Shown: positions 1-12,855 of the stretch, piece by piece
Layout: every line of letters starts with the position of its first letter
How positions within the stretch are numbered: the stretch's first letter is position 1
From: the human T2T-CHM13v2.0 reference genome, Homo sapiens
Assembly (NCBI RefSeq): GCF_009914755.1
Contig: NC_060933.1
Length of the DNA: 64,000 nt
Strand: one strand, 5' to 3'
The notes under the pieces: generated by a model
The model's database searches: none
Told to the model about the DNA's origin: nothing
The model's input: only the letters and a program-made list of their open reading frames with translations
Translations under genes and position numbers: made by a program

Positions 1-612
1 TGTGGGTATATATCCAAAGAGGATGAAATCAGTATCTCCAAGAAGTATCTGCACTCCCATGTTCATTGTAGCATTACTCACAATAGCCAAAATATAGAAA
101 CACCCTAAGTGTCCATTGATGGACGAGTGGATAAAGAAAATGTGACCACACACACACACACATACACACACACACACACACACCAGAATATTATTCAGCC
201 TTAAAAAAAGAAGAAAATCCTGTCAATTTTGACAACATGGATGAACCTGGAAGACATTATGCTAAGTGAAATAAACCAGGCACAGAACGACAAATCCTGC
301 ATAACCTCACTTGTATCTGGAATCTTAAAAGGTTGAGCTCAAAGGAACAGAGAGTAGAATGGTGGTGGTTACCAGGGACTGGAAGGTGGGGGAAATGGGG
401 AGATGTTGGTCAAAGGGTGAAAAGTTTTTACAGGATGGATAAGTTATGGAGATCTAATGTAAAGAATGGTGACTATAGTTATAGATATGTTAATTAGCTC
501 CATTGTGGTAATCATCTCACAATGTATACCTATATCAAAACGTTATGTTGTACACCTTAAATACATACAATTGTTTTTGACAATTATACCCCAATAAAGC
601 TGGAGGAAAAAA
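1..612 (+). mobile_element. LINE-1 3' end (old L1MA-type), cut by the window start
   Basis: Typical L1 ORF2-end/3'UTR text (ggatgaacctggaagacattatgctaagtgaaataa; tgtacaccttaaatacatacaa), ending in aataaa and an A-rich tail; internal (CA)n at ~147-182. Confidence 0.85.
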
Positions 613-751
613 GGCTCAGTTTTTCCTCTATAAAGCATTTTATGGCTGTTTTTGCAACCTTTCCTAAAAACAAGGAGACAAACAAACAAATAAATAAAAA
701 ACAGAGGAATTGAGAGTTTATAACAGTTTCCTTTATCAAATTTCACATTAA

Positions 752-1022
752 GGTAGCCTAACTCAGTGATTAAGAGCCTGGATGTTTTAATTGGACAATT
801 CTGGGTCTAAATCCCAGTTCTACCATCACCTTTGACATGACTTTTGATTTTGAGCAAGTTAGTTGACTTCTCTCAATTTCAATTTTATTATCATACAGTG
901 AGGGCAAGGTGTGTAACTTTTTGCATCAAATTTCTTATTTCATAGGCTTTTTGAGAGGATTATATTTGTTAATATGGGTATAGCACTTAGAAGAGTTTTT
1001 GACCCATAGTAATGCTTTATTA
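752..1022 (+). mobile_element. MIR SINE (degenerate)
   Basis: MIR-like core: ctgggtctaaatcccagttctacc, gagcaagttagttgacttctct, tagcacttagaa...catagtaa. Confidence 0.6.
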
Positions 1023-2639
1023 TTTTTATCTGTCCAGTTTTAAAATCCATGCTATTTTCACCAATCCATACCACTCACATAAGCTGGGCTTGATAAATAT
1101 TTGTTACTGGGAAAACTATGGTGATGGTGGTGGTGACAGTTAGAGGGGCAGCTGTTTTAGTTGGAACTCAGTCCTGAAGGGAAACATCAAATGCCTTTCT
1201 TTTCTAATGAAAGTATCAGGATAAGATCCAATTACTTGATCATAAGCCAAATGTCAAGCTTTTCCATCCATCCTCTGAGAGCTGCCTTATTGGAAATGAC
1301 TGCCCTTTTATTAAATACACTTTTATGCTACAATTTCTTGATTTAAAAAAATTGTCAGCTGTACTGAGAATTCAAATGGCTATTACAAGTCAGTAAAATC
1401 TGCAGACCATAAATGCTTTCAGGTCTAGTTCTGAGTATTATTCACTTTCTATGAATACTTTAGCACCTAGTAGTACCATGGACACAATGTGATTAAAATG
1501 TGTGATGATGATTTAAGTAAAGAGCTCTAAATATAAAATTCTTAGAATATTCTCAAGAGCATATGATTAGAGAGTACATAGGGACTTGGAAAATATACCT
1601 TTTCATAAAGGATATCAAATTTCTTTCATGGTTTTAAAAATCATTTCATTTTTCAATAAACCTAAGACCTCAGAAGATGTTCTATGTCCCTGTTCAAATG
1701 AGCAAGTTGCTGCAAAAATTATAACTGATTATGCTCATTTATAAAATGTACTTGATTTACACTGACCATGCATGATTTATACCAAGAGCTATCGAAAATG
1801 ACTTTGCCTCTTCTTTGGACAGAAAACCCTAAGAATGTGCCAAAATGGATCTTATTATTATGTGCTACAAATGTTGTGGAAAACTTACTATAGAAATGAT
1901 CTAAAACAATGTTGACCTTGGAACCAAATTCAAAATATTTTCTCCCGTGTGTTCATAAATCCAATAAATAAATTTAGGTAAACATTTGTCCACTATTTTT
2001 TAAAACCAGGATACTATTATTATACCTCTATGGTTGGCTAGAGTCCTGCGGATGTAGAAGATGGATTATATTCATGGAAACCAGTTGAGACTATATGTTT
2101 CTAGAGTATTATATCACTGGGAGCTTGAATCTTGTGAGTGCTATAAGCAATGTAAGTATCTTTTCCACCTGTGAGATGTATTCATTTCCTCCCCTGGTAC
2201 TCACTTCCACTCATGTACACATCTGCCAATTTAGGTCTTTATTCTTCTTCCTCACAAAATGTTCTGATACACCTGGACATCCTATCTTGTGACATTTTAT
2301 CTGTTCTTTTTTTTGTCCAAAGGGTCATTTTGTAATGATCAGATTAGGTCACTTTTCAAGATAAATGTTTGTGTACCTAATTCCATTTCTTACAAGAGTG
2401 TTAAGTGCAGTGAGAACTAGATTGTTCACTTCTGCCTTACAATTATTTCTTGCACCCTGGAACAATGAGGGAGTTTCTGTGATGCAAATTTCATTCATTC
2501 ATGCTCATTCATTCATTCAATGATTCTCAAATCAAAAATAGTTATTGTTGCATACCATCTTAGGTATTCTGCATACCTCTTAATATACACTCATAAATGA
2601 GAGCGAAAACCTGTTTTATTTAGTTATTTTCCTCTAAGG

Positions 2640-2755
2640 CTCTGTCTCCCTGCTAGACTATAAATATTACGAAGTCAGAGACCATATTTGTTTTGTTCCT
2701 TCTCATATGTCCTGCACCTGATACCGTCACTTAATAATTTGTTGATTGAATGATT
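2640..2755 (+). mobile_element. LINE-2 3' end fragment
   Basis: tctgtctccc-ctagactataa...cagagacc...ttgttgattgaatga resembles the L2 3' terminus. Confidence 0.55.
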
Positions 2756-4168
2756 AGAGGTTTCATGGAGATATGCTAAGAAACTGAAAAAAAAAAAGTT
2801 ATTCAGTAACTTATTAGGAAGAAGGGCACTTTTGGCCTAAAATGAAAATAATTCTATTTATACTCATCTGTTAAACTCCACAGTTATCTTCAGTAAAAAA
2901 CAGAAAATAATATTAGAATATCAGCTGATTATCAATAATCAACTGATAAAATTCCTCCCTCCGTTTTCAGTGAGGCTAGAAAAATTAAAGGGATCAACCA
3001 AGTTCCCACAATTGTCATGCAACAGATCTGGGACTTTAATCTGGGTTTTAAGAGTATCAGATCTTAGATCATCTTTCTACACCGTGACATTATGTGAGGA
3101 TTACCTGAAGGCAGTGATTCTGTGTTTTACACTCAAGGCTTCAGACACCAAGGTGAAATTACATCACCCTAGATAAAGATCTTAACCTTGGAGAGAGTTA
3201 TTTAAGCAAATCAAGATAATCAAATGAGGCAGATGTTAGTTGGCATCACATTTCAGGAAAAAATAACTTGAGTTGGCTGAGTCCTAAAGCTTATCCTTGT
3301 CTCTTGCATGAAAATGTTGCATGAAAATGTGTTGGGGCTTTGACATGTGTGGCAACCAATCCTCAAAAGAGTGAGTCACACCTCCTCCTACTCTGCAACT
3401 GTCAGTACTGGCTTCCGGCAAAAGGTTGGAAACACTGCAGTCACGTGGCTTGGCTTGCTGGGAGAGAAGAGGCCATGAGCCAGGAGAAGGCAGCACTAGA
3501 GGAAAGTCAGGATGAATATGGGACAAAATGAGTGTAAAAATGGAGCCCCCAGAGAAGGGGTCTGAGCATTGGATATAGAATCTAAAAAGGAATGAGGCTA
3601 ATCTGGAGCATTTTATAAGATCCACCAGCTTCAGTTCCTGCACAGAGGAACGGGAGATACAATTTTGAAGATGCTGAGATAAAGGATTTCTGAGTGGGTT
3701 GCATTATAAGGGCTGTTAAGAGAGACTATAAGGGCTGATAAGGGAGACGATAAGGGAGAATGGGTCAGGCAAACAGGCTCCAGCCTCCTTGAGATACAAG
3801 ATAGAGCTTCTCTTAGGGAATAGCGCTTGGGTTAGGCTTTCACTGGAGGGTACCTTGGGAGTGCCTGGCTATCCCTCTGCCAGCCAGAGGCAGTGAATTC
3901 ATTTTACTCTTGCTGTGGGGCATACTGTTAGGCTACTGCTGCCAGGTTTCTCACTGGTTCTAAAGTAGGATTGTGGCAGGGGTATTCATGCTAAACAGCT
4001 GAGATAGGGCTCGGGTATTATGGGAACTGACTAGCTCAAATAAGAGTCTTGGAATATTTTGGAGTGAGGGAGGCTTCCATGACTTCTGATTTATGAGGTC
4101 CTCTAAGTTGTGATCTTCAAGGAAGGTAAGAGTTTTTGAAAATATAAAAGCTGTGTGCAAAGAAAGTT

Positions 4169-4169
<1 letters not shown>

Positions 4170-4215
<46 letters not shown>
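4170..4215. repeat. (TA)n(CA)n microsatellite
   Basis: Directly visible. Confidence 0.95.
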
Positions 4216-4217
<2 letters not shown>

Positions 4218-4544
4218 CCCCCCACACAGAGGAGCAAGTAGTAATAGCAGGTTAATTGACATGAAGTATGGGTGGGGCTAATGGAAGAGGAGTAAACAAC
4301 CAAAAGGCAGCCACTATTCATATGCAGAGTAAACTGCGTTCTGACTCAGGCAGGAGCATGTATTTCTGAGAATAAGTGGTACATACATATGACTTCCCAT
4401 ATGGAGAAGGAGCCAGAATTATGAGACTGGATACATAATGTATAAGTAATAATTCATCTCATTTGTATAGACTTTTAATGTTTGAAATTGCTTTCAAATG
4501 CTTTTTTTGTTTTTCCTTGTACAAAACATGTGAACAGGTATTAT

Positions 4545-4812
4545 TTTATTCTTATTTCACGGATGAGGACATTGAGCCTCAGAGTCTCATATAATTGCTC
4601 AGTCATGCAAATAGTGAATCAGGGACTAACCTCAGATCTTCTGATCCCCAATTCTGACTTTTTCTTCCTAGATTATATGGCTTAATTCCCGTGAAGTATG
4701 TGCATTGCTCTAGATGATCTTGGTGAGGTCCATGGCTCTCTTGGTCACCACTGTGTCCACAGTGCCTAGTCTGATGCCCCTGGCATGCAGTAGGCACTCA
4801 GTAAATATATTT
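4545..4812. mobile_element. MIR fragment (minus) followed by an L2 3' fragment (plus)
   Basis: atttcacggatgaggacattgagcctcagag (MIR); cagtgcctag...tggcatgcagtaggcactcagtaaatat (L2). Confidence 0.55.
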
Positions 4813-7800
4813 AAGGGAAGAGTAAACAAAAAATGGGTTAATAAAAATAGATGATGTTTAGTGATGACATGAATTTTATAATGATGTATTAGACATTTAC
4901 CCCAGTAAACTCCACTTCTAGATATAGTGCCTTTTTACTTACACCAGTATTGACTACTTGACTCTCTTCTTCTCAATTACAATGAGAAAGTTAACACAAG
5001 GATGGGTATGGGAAATTAATTCAGAGTTCAACTAGTAACTAAGTAAAATTTTGGATTAAACACTGCTCCATATTAAGCCAGATCATGGATCAGCATCATC
5101 CATCCTACATTAAATACTGCTGGTATAGCACACCTACCCAGCCCATAATATTTTTGTTGTTTTCTTCTTGCCCTCATCCTCTTTCCCGGTGAAAGAGAGT
5201 GATAGCTTTTACTAATACCTTTCCCCTACTTTGTTTGTACTGAGTATTCCTTAATATTATTGTATAATAATATGTGTATTTTTGGCATTTTTAAAGTTGT
5301 TCTAACAGTATTGAAATCTCCTTGGGAAAAGGCAGGCTGTTTCATACTTTTTCCATTTCTCCTATAATGCTGAGTGCATTGCTAAGTATTTAATTGACAC
5401 TTAGTAAGTACTTGCTGATGGAGTAATTTTCTGAAAAGAAAGTCAATATTCTCCTTAATTTTGCTCTTGTCTGTCACTGCATAGTAAAAGTTGTACATGT
5501 CATACAAGTATGACTTTGCTTGTCACGGAAAAAAATCTGGTTTTGGTATCAGACACAACTAGGTTTTCATCCTTCCCCAGCATTTAAATAGCTGTGAGAC
5601 TTTTGGTAAGTTTTATAATGCTTGACACCTCAGCGTTATCACCTCTGAATGAGAATAAATGATTTTTATCTCATAAGGTTATCATAATTATCTGAGCTAA
5701 GAACTCTCTATAATGCTATATAACATATAGTAGGCAATTCCTCTTCCTTCTGTCTGTCTTTAAATAATATTCCATGGGAAAGGCCAGTTTTAACCTTAGC
5801 TCCCACATTTATGAGATGTATAATTCTGGACAAATGACTCAACCTCTCCAAATTCAGATTTCTGCAAAATGAGATGAATAGAGAGGATCAAACATAATGA
5901 GAATCAATTTTGTGAACTATAAATTTGTATACAAATGAAAGCTATTTATTGCCATCTGTGGTTTTATTGACCATGATAAGGCACTAAGAAAGGAGATTGT
6001 GTTTTTAATTTTCTTTCTTTTTTCAGTAGAAGAAACTTGCCCAGTGACTTAAAGGTTGTCCAGACTAACCTAATTTTAGGAGACCTGGCCTCATAGTAGA
6101 GTATTATCCTTTATCTCTTGACCACAACAGTCTAATTATGATGGAATACTAGTTGATATACACATTATTCAATAGAAATGTTAAACATAATTTTCTTCAG
6201 TTTGCAGCTAATGCCAGCCTTTTTTTTGCCATTAGATATACTATTAATCTATTGATACCATTCTAGAACCATTTTTTCTCTCCCCCTCACCGTATTTTCT
6301 AAAAATGATTTTTCATAGTTGATCATAGTAATAGACATATTATAAAAGCTAACAGACATCAAACACATTATCAAACACATGCATTTGTAAGCTTTAACTT
6401 CAGGAATGGAATGAGCAACACTCAGAACAGTCATAGCAAACATGGAAAGAAGGTGAATACACAATGCATGTTTCTTAAGGCATTACATGTAAGGCTTGTC
6501 GATGATGCAAATGTAAGGTTAGTATTAGGAATAACTCTCTTTCTGAACTACAGTGGCAACGTGACTATTTGGCTTCCATTCATTGAACTTCCAGAACCTC
6601 CTTAGTAGGATTTATCTTTTCACATGGGAGCATTAATCAAGACAAATTCCATCACAACTGTTGTCACACATTTCTTGCCATGTGCTATGTAGTTAGTTTA
6701 CCCGGAGCCTACTTCAAAGGACTGTAATTTCAGTATTTCATCATTTCAGCATTTCATCTGTCATTCTGGCAATATTTGATGCCTCTTTTATCCTTCAGTT
6801 TTTTTCTCCATATGAACTATTAATATATATGAAAATGCATGTGTCTCTCTTAGGCTCTCATTACCATCTTGCCTGCTCTGCTAGTTTTGCATGCATACTG
6901 CAGTAAATTCGGAGTGGATGGTCTAAGTAAGTTATGGGAAAGCCAAATGTGATTGGACAGATTCATAAAATGTAGTCAGATCATACGTTACTGAATATAT
7001 ATTTCTTTCTTCTTTCTCTAAACCTACACACTAGGCAGCATGGCTGCATATATACATGGTCCGGGAACAAGTCTTGGCCACACATAAACAAGTTGATGAA
7101 GTCCAGGAGTCACACAGCACTTACCAGACATTGAGTTGCAGCTCATGAATCAGCTAGAGTTAACTATAAATAAACAGCCATGGGCTCATTACTGAACTGG
7201 TTATGGGCTTTTCCAGTGATTGGTTTTTAATCTAAAAATAGGGACCAGTGGGCTGTTTCAAATATTTCGTGTCAAGGGAGCAAATGCCCATAATCAGCTG
7301 CTCCATTTTTTTCCTTCTTGAATCAGGACTCATTGTTAATACATAATGGCTAGGGAGAATGGTTGGCTACAGGATTTCTAGGTTGTAATTTCACCTCAGA
7401 TGCCACAGAAGAAAACCTATGTGACCCTATATTTCTGGTTTGTCATCCCTGTGTTCCTGTTTACTAATTTTCTGAAATGAATTTAAAATCATGTCATAAA
7501 ATTAATCTCAGCTGATTAGCTGGTTGGTTTACTTTCTGGGCGCCCATTGCATTTTTCATCATTCTTAATTTCTTCTTTCTTGTGCAGTGTTATTTGTCAG
7601 AACTCTTTTGGTTGCAAGGGGACAGAAATACAATTTGAATTGGTTTAAGCAAAAAGGTAACTGATTGACTTACATGCTTCCTGACCTTATGGTGCTTTAA
7701 CCAAGAACACGGTTTTGAAGAGCCGACATGTGACCTTTCTTTCTTGTTACAAAGGAGAATTTTACTTATTCTTCTTGAAATTTCCCTTTTCTAGACTCTG

Positions 7801-10800
7801 CCAGGTCTTCTGGTGGGTTTCCCAGAGCTTTTATCCCAGAATACCCAGGGTGTCTAAGCCCTTCATATGAAAGCTTTCAGCCAGAAAAAACAGATGGCAG
7901 TGGGAGAAAGATTTTCCTTGCTTCCTTCTGTGGGAGGAAACGAACCGTCCTTCCATGTTATATCAAAGGCCTTGTTGGGCTTAACTCAGTTAAGCTTGTT
8001 AGGCATGGTCTGCAAGGGACTAAAATGTGGTACTTCTCTCCCCGCCCCTGCCTTTTAAAAAAATGACATAATCAGAATTCTAAAGGATATGCCAGTTCTA
8101 TAAGACTATGTTGTTAGACTTGATTTTACACCTCTCAGAATTTTGTTTCCTGCTTACTTCGTTTCCAGGACAATTCTAAAGGCCCCTGATATATATCATT
8201 TGATGAAAACAGTAATTTTGGTGACTGATATATATTTATACTCCCTATTACCCTCTTCTCTTCCCATATTATTTTCAGATTCTGTCACAATATTATCTGG
8301 TTTATGATGACAGATTGACAGATGGAAAACATGCCACATGGTTATCTTCTTTGGGCTCAGCATCCTTTGCCAGCAAAGAAAAGGCCTTTGCCTCCTTCCT
8401 ACAGCTACCAGTGTTAAGATGTCCCCAACAACGGCCCTCTCATTGTCTTTTTGGTCAGGGATCACCATATGTATCCCCAACCTGGGAATCCTTCTAGTAT
8501 TGATGGCTCCTTATAGAATTGTTTTCTACTCACCCTTTAGCCTACAGTTGCTTCAGGTTTGGTCTTCTCTATATCAGAGACCAGATGGTCTCAGGTGGGA
8601 TTTGCTTAATTTCCAGGTTCCTTGTGTAACAGGGTCTTTAAATTAATTGAAGAAGGGAATCAGATTTATCTGGGAGATGTCTAATGAACTGGTGGGGCAG
8701 ACTGCCAGGAAATTATTTAGATGGACCAATTTGCACCTGAGTTCCCATTTTGTTTGTTTTCTTGGCTAGAGGAGGCTGGAGAAGTATATACTTGAGATGG
8801 GAGTAGGGAATGAGGGAATGAGGATTATAGCACAAGTCTGTTTTTTTCAAATTAACCTCTGGGTCTGGCCACATCAATATTTATTTGTCTGAGCATCTCA
8901 AAGAGAACAGAATGTGAAAGCTGAGGAAGCCCTTTTCTTAGAGGTTCTGTGAAATGCATGGGCACTTACTTCACTACTTTAATCCTCTTGTGGTAAATGG
9001 TGTCAGAAAGTGGGGAAGAAGCACAGCCTTCCCACTTCTGCATAAATGGCATGGCTGTGTCAGAGCATTGAGGTTTCTGGGGAGAATTAGTATCGTTTTT
9101 GTCTTAAGGTTTTGCAGGCAGCTTTGCAAACAACAGGAGGCTATACCTTTCCACAACCATAGACATAGTTATATTGAGCTGCTGCTGTACTGAATTTAAT
9201 AAATGCCTCATGTTATTTCTCCAGCTGCAGACATCATTGAAAGGGGTTAGAATGGAAAGAGCATGGTGGAACCCACTTGGTAATAGGGAGGACTGTTCAT
9301 GAACTCCTGTAAAACACACCTGAGGGACTCCTAGGAATTACTGTGTAAGACTTGAGATCCTATGTGAGCAATCTGAGCTAATAGTCAGTGAAATGAGGTA
9401 TTATTTTTAATTGAGCTGCAGTTATATTTGATGAGGCCTGGCCAGTTTACTCTTGCAAAGAGTTTGACTTCATGGTTCTCTTAAAGAGATATTTTAAGAA
9501 TTGATATAAATATCTTGAGGGAAAAGACTTTAAGTAAATGTGGAATTACTGTTGTCACCTTATTTCTTAGATAAATTTTGTGATACACCAAAGGCATATA
9601 TATCTCAAATACATAAATATACATGTGTACACACATATGTATGTATACATGTATATATACATATACATGCTTATGTGTATGTATACATGTGTACATATAA
9701 GTAAATGTACATATGTATATATGTAGAGAGAGAGAAGGATGGAGAAGAAGAATGACAGAGAGACAGTTCATTTTAAAGAATGGTTGACCATAGAATGATG
9801 CCAAATGCAGACTATTTTAATGTACTTTCATTGCTTTATTTACTATTTCTTAGAGACACATAATTTACATAATCACAGATGTTTGGAAATACTGCTATTT
9901 ACTGAGACTTGCATTGTAGTCAACTTTTTTATTTTCCATAAAGGAAATAAGCTATGGGTGCCCCAAGAAATATTCTCTATTTCTCTAATAAGTAGGAATG
10001 CTTGGTGAGGTGAACCACACATGTAAGATCTTCACATGACTGGGTTTTGGGTAAGAGGAGCTTATGTTTGCTATTTTCCCACTGAGCTGAGGTAAGGTGA
10101 TTGTTTCTAACATCTACCTGAATCCTTTCCTTTTTTAGGGGAAAACCATTAATAAAAAACTGATGGCATCAGTATACTCCATAGCTTCATTTGCTGTATC
10201 CAGTTGAGAATATTTAATTCTACTCACTAGAAGTGCTTGATTTGTTTTTCTAAACAAATCTGTACTAACCCATCTAGCAGCAGCTCCTTCCAACACATTC
10301 TTGGGTTCCCATTTAGTCAGCCTATTAACTAAGTCACATTTGAAGCCTGACTGATGTTGTACAATCTTAGCATGTCATCTTCATTATTTATTTACTATGG
10401 AAGGTCCATGAGAACATGATATTTTTTCTATGGTTGCCTGGAGTTTGTGTTTGGACACAGTTAACTTGTTTCTACTTCATTGGCTGTGACTTACATTTAT
10501 GTAAAATTTTTTGGTCAAATATTTTAAAGATTTATATAAACACAGCCAAGACAAAGCCTTCCTTTCTCGAAGAACATCCTTTAGGAATAGTAATATTTAT
10601 GCTTTAGCGTATTCTCCTCTCTTCTTGGTAGTATGCTGACAACCATGAGAAATGTGTTTTCTTTAGAGGGATCAGATGTCATTATTCTCAAGTCATTAGA
10701 GCCACCTCCTGCAGAAATTTGGCTCCTTTGCTTACCTTGAATTTCCCATTGATATTTCATTTAACTATAACTAGGTCAAGCAAAGCTGACTGGGTCTAGA

Positions 10801-11169
10801 CAGGACTTCATTTTTTCCCTTCTTTGGCATACCTACTTTACAAGTAGGTTATTTTCAACCCTTCTCTTGTCTCTTTAAGCCTTAAGATCATATGTATCTT
10901 TTAAGAGATGTAAAAACAAATAGGAAGAATGAAAAAGATATATACTTAGTGAAGTTTGGAATCTATTCAGAAATGGAGAGCTTGACACAAGAAACCAAAA
11001 CCAGTCTTCGTATATTAAGAGATTTTTGCCCATGATAATATGTGACTTCCTGTTTACAAACCTAATCCAAGTTCTTGAAAATTTACTTGGTTATTGAGGG
11101 CTCTTGCCAAACTGTTTTTTAGGTAATGTAACTTCAAGTAGTTAAAAAATATGGTCACAGAAAGTCTTA

Positions 11170-11532
<363 letters not shown>

Positions 11533-12261
11533 TTAAACAAAAAGTCGCTTCTATGACATACTCAAAACAAATAGGGCACATGTGTTTAACATTCTGTATA
11601 GAAACCCTATGTTTAATGTAAAAAATTGCAAATAAATACTTTAAAAGGTATGTGATTGTCAATATCCATAAATTGACAAGTTTGGTTTTCCTGTGGAATT
11701 TTTATATTCGTAGGCTGGAGTGATCACAGGGAAACCACATCCAACTGACCTTTGGAAAATAGTATACCTAAGCATTTTACAGAAGACAGATGACCTTCTG
11801 GGGGCAAGCAAAGGGCTCCTGGAATGTTGGGAGAGGTCAGTCTGTCAGGATAATCAGGTGCATAGAGACATAAGTGTACTAACATCTGAGGGTCTGATTA
11901 CCTTTGTACAGTTTCATACTTTTTAACCAGCTGGAATGAATTTCTGTTTATGGGGCAGAGAGTGGGGCCCAAGATTAGCCAAGGCCATGGTAGGAGCAGT
12001 GGGAGTGAGGATGGGTGAGATTTTGCAGGCTCTTACTAGGAAGAAAATCTACTTTCTGCTTTAACCTTTTCTTACCCTGCCCCATTCACACCTTTTTCCT
12101 TTAATCTATTTAGCCTTTTCAAAACTCTGGTAAACAGACTCATACGTTAAATAAAGATGGTATATATTCCACTTCTAGAAGAAACATGTTATAAAAAAAT
12201 GACATTGCAGATAGTTTAAAAAGTAACTATTGGAATATGACTTAAGTCAGTATAAATTCTT

Positions 12262-12800
12262 TTTATAAAAACATATTTATTGAGATATAATTCATATACC
12301 ATAACATTAACCCATTTAAAGTATACAATTCAGTGGGTTTTTTTAGCATATTCACAGGGCTGTATAACAATCACCTAAGTATAATTTTAGAATATTTTCA
12401 ACTTATTTTCCCTAAAGAAATTCTGTACTTATTAGCAGTCACTCTCCATTCCCTCATCTCCTCCCCACCATCCTTAAGCTACCATTAATCTACTTTCTGT
12501 CTCTATAGATTTGCTTATTCTGGGCATTTCGTATATATAAATGGAATCATATAATTTGTAGCCTTTGGTGATGACTGGCTTCTTTGATTTAGTACAATTT
12601 TCCAGTTTAATCCCGGTTGTAGCACATATTAGTACTTCATTTTTTTTTGCCAAATAATATTCCATTGTATGATATACCATATCTTGTTTATTCATTCATC
12701 AGTTGTTGGACATTGGGTTGTTTTCTTCTTTTGTTTATTGTGAATAGTGTTGCTGTAAACTTTCATGTATAAATTTTCATTTGAACATCTGGTTTTAATT
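12262..12800 (-). mobile_element. LINE-1 3' end (L1MB-type)
   Basis: tttattgagatataattcatataccataa...aatctactttctgtctctatagatttgc, the antisense L1MB 3'UTR pattern. Confidence 0.8.
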
Positions 12801-12807
12801 CTAACAT

Positions 12808-12855
12808 CACCTGTGTTTGTAAATAAAGTCTTATTGTAACACAGCCACACCCTTA
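12808..12855. mobile_element. MER58-like hAT-Charlie fragment
   Basis: cctgtgtttgtaaataaagtcttattgtaacacagccacaccc matches the MER58 internal motif. Confidence 0.55.

Noticed and set aside
3280-9480. Possible old LTR or DNA-transposon fragments and short ORFs
   Set aside because: Too degraded to assign by eye; no supportable exons or RNA genes
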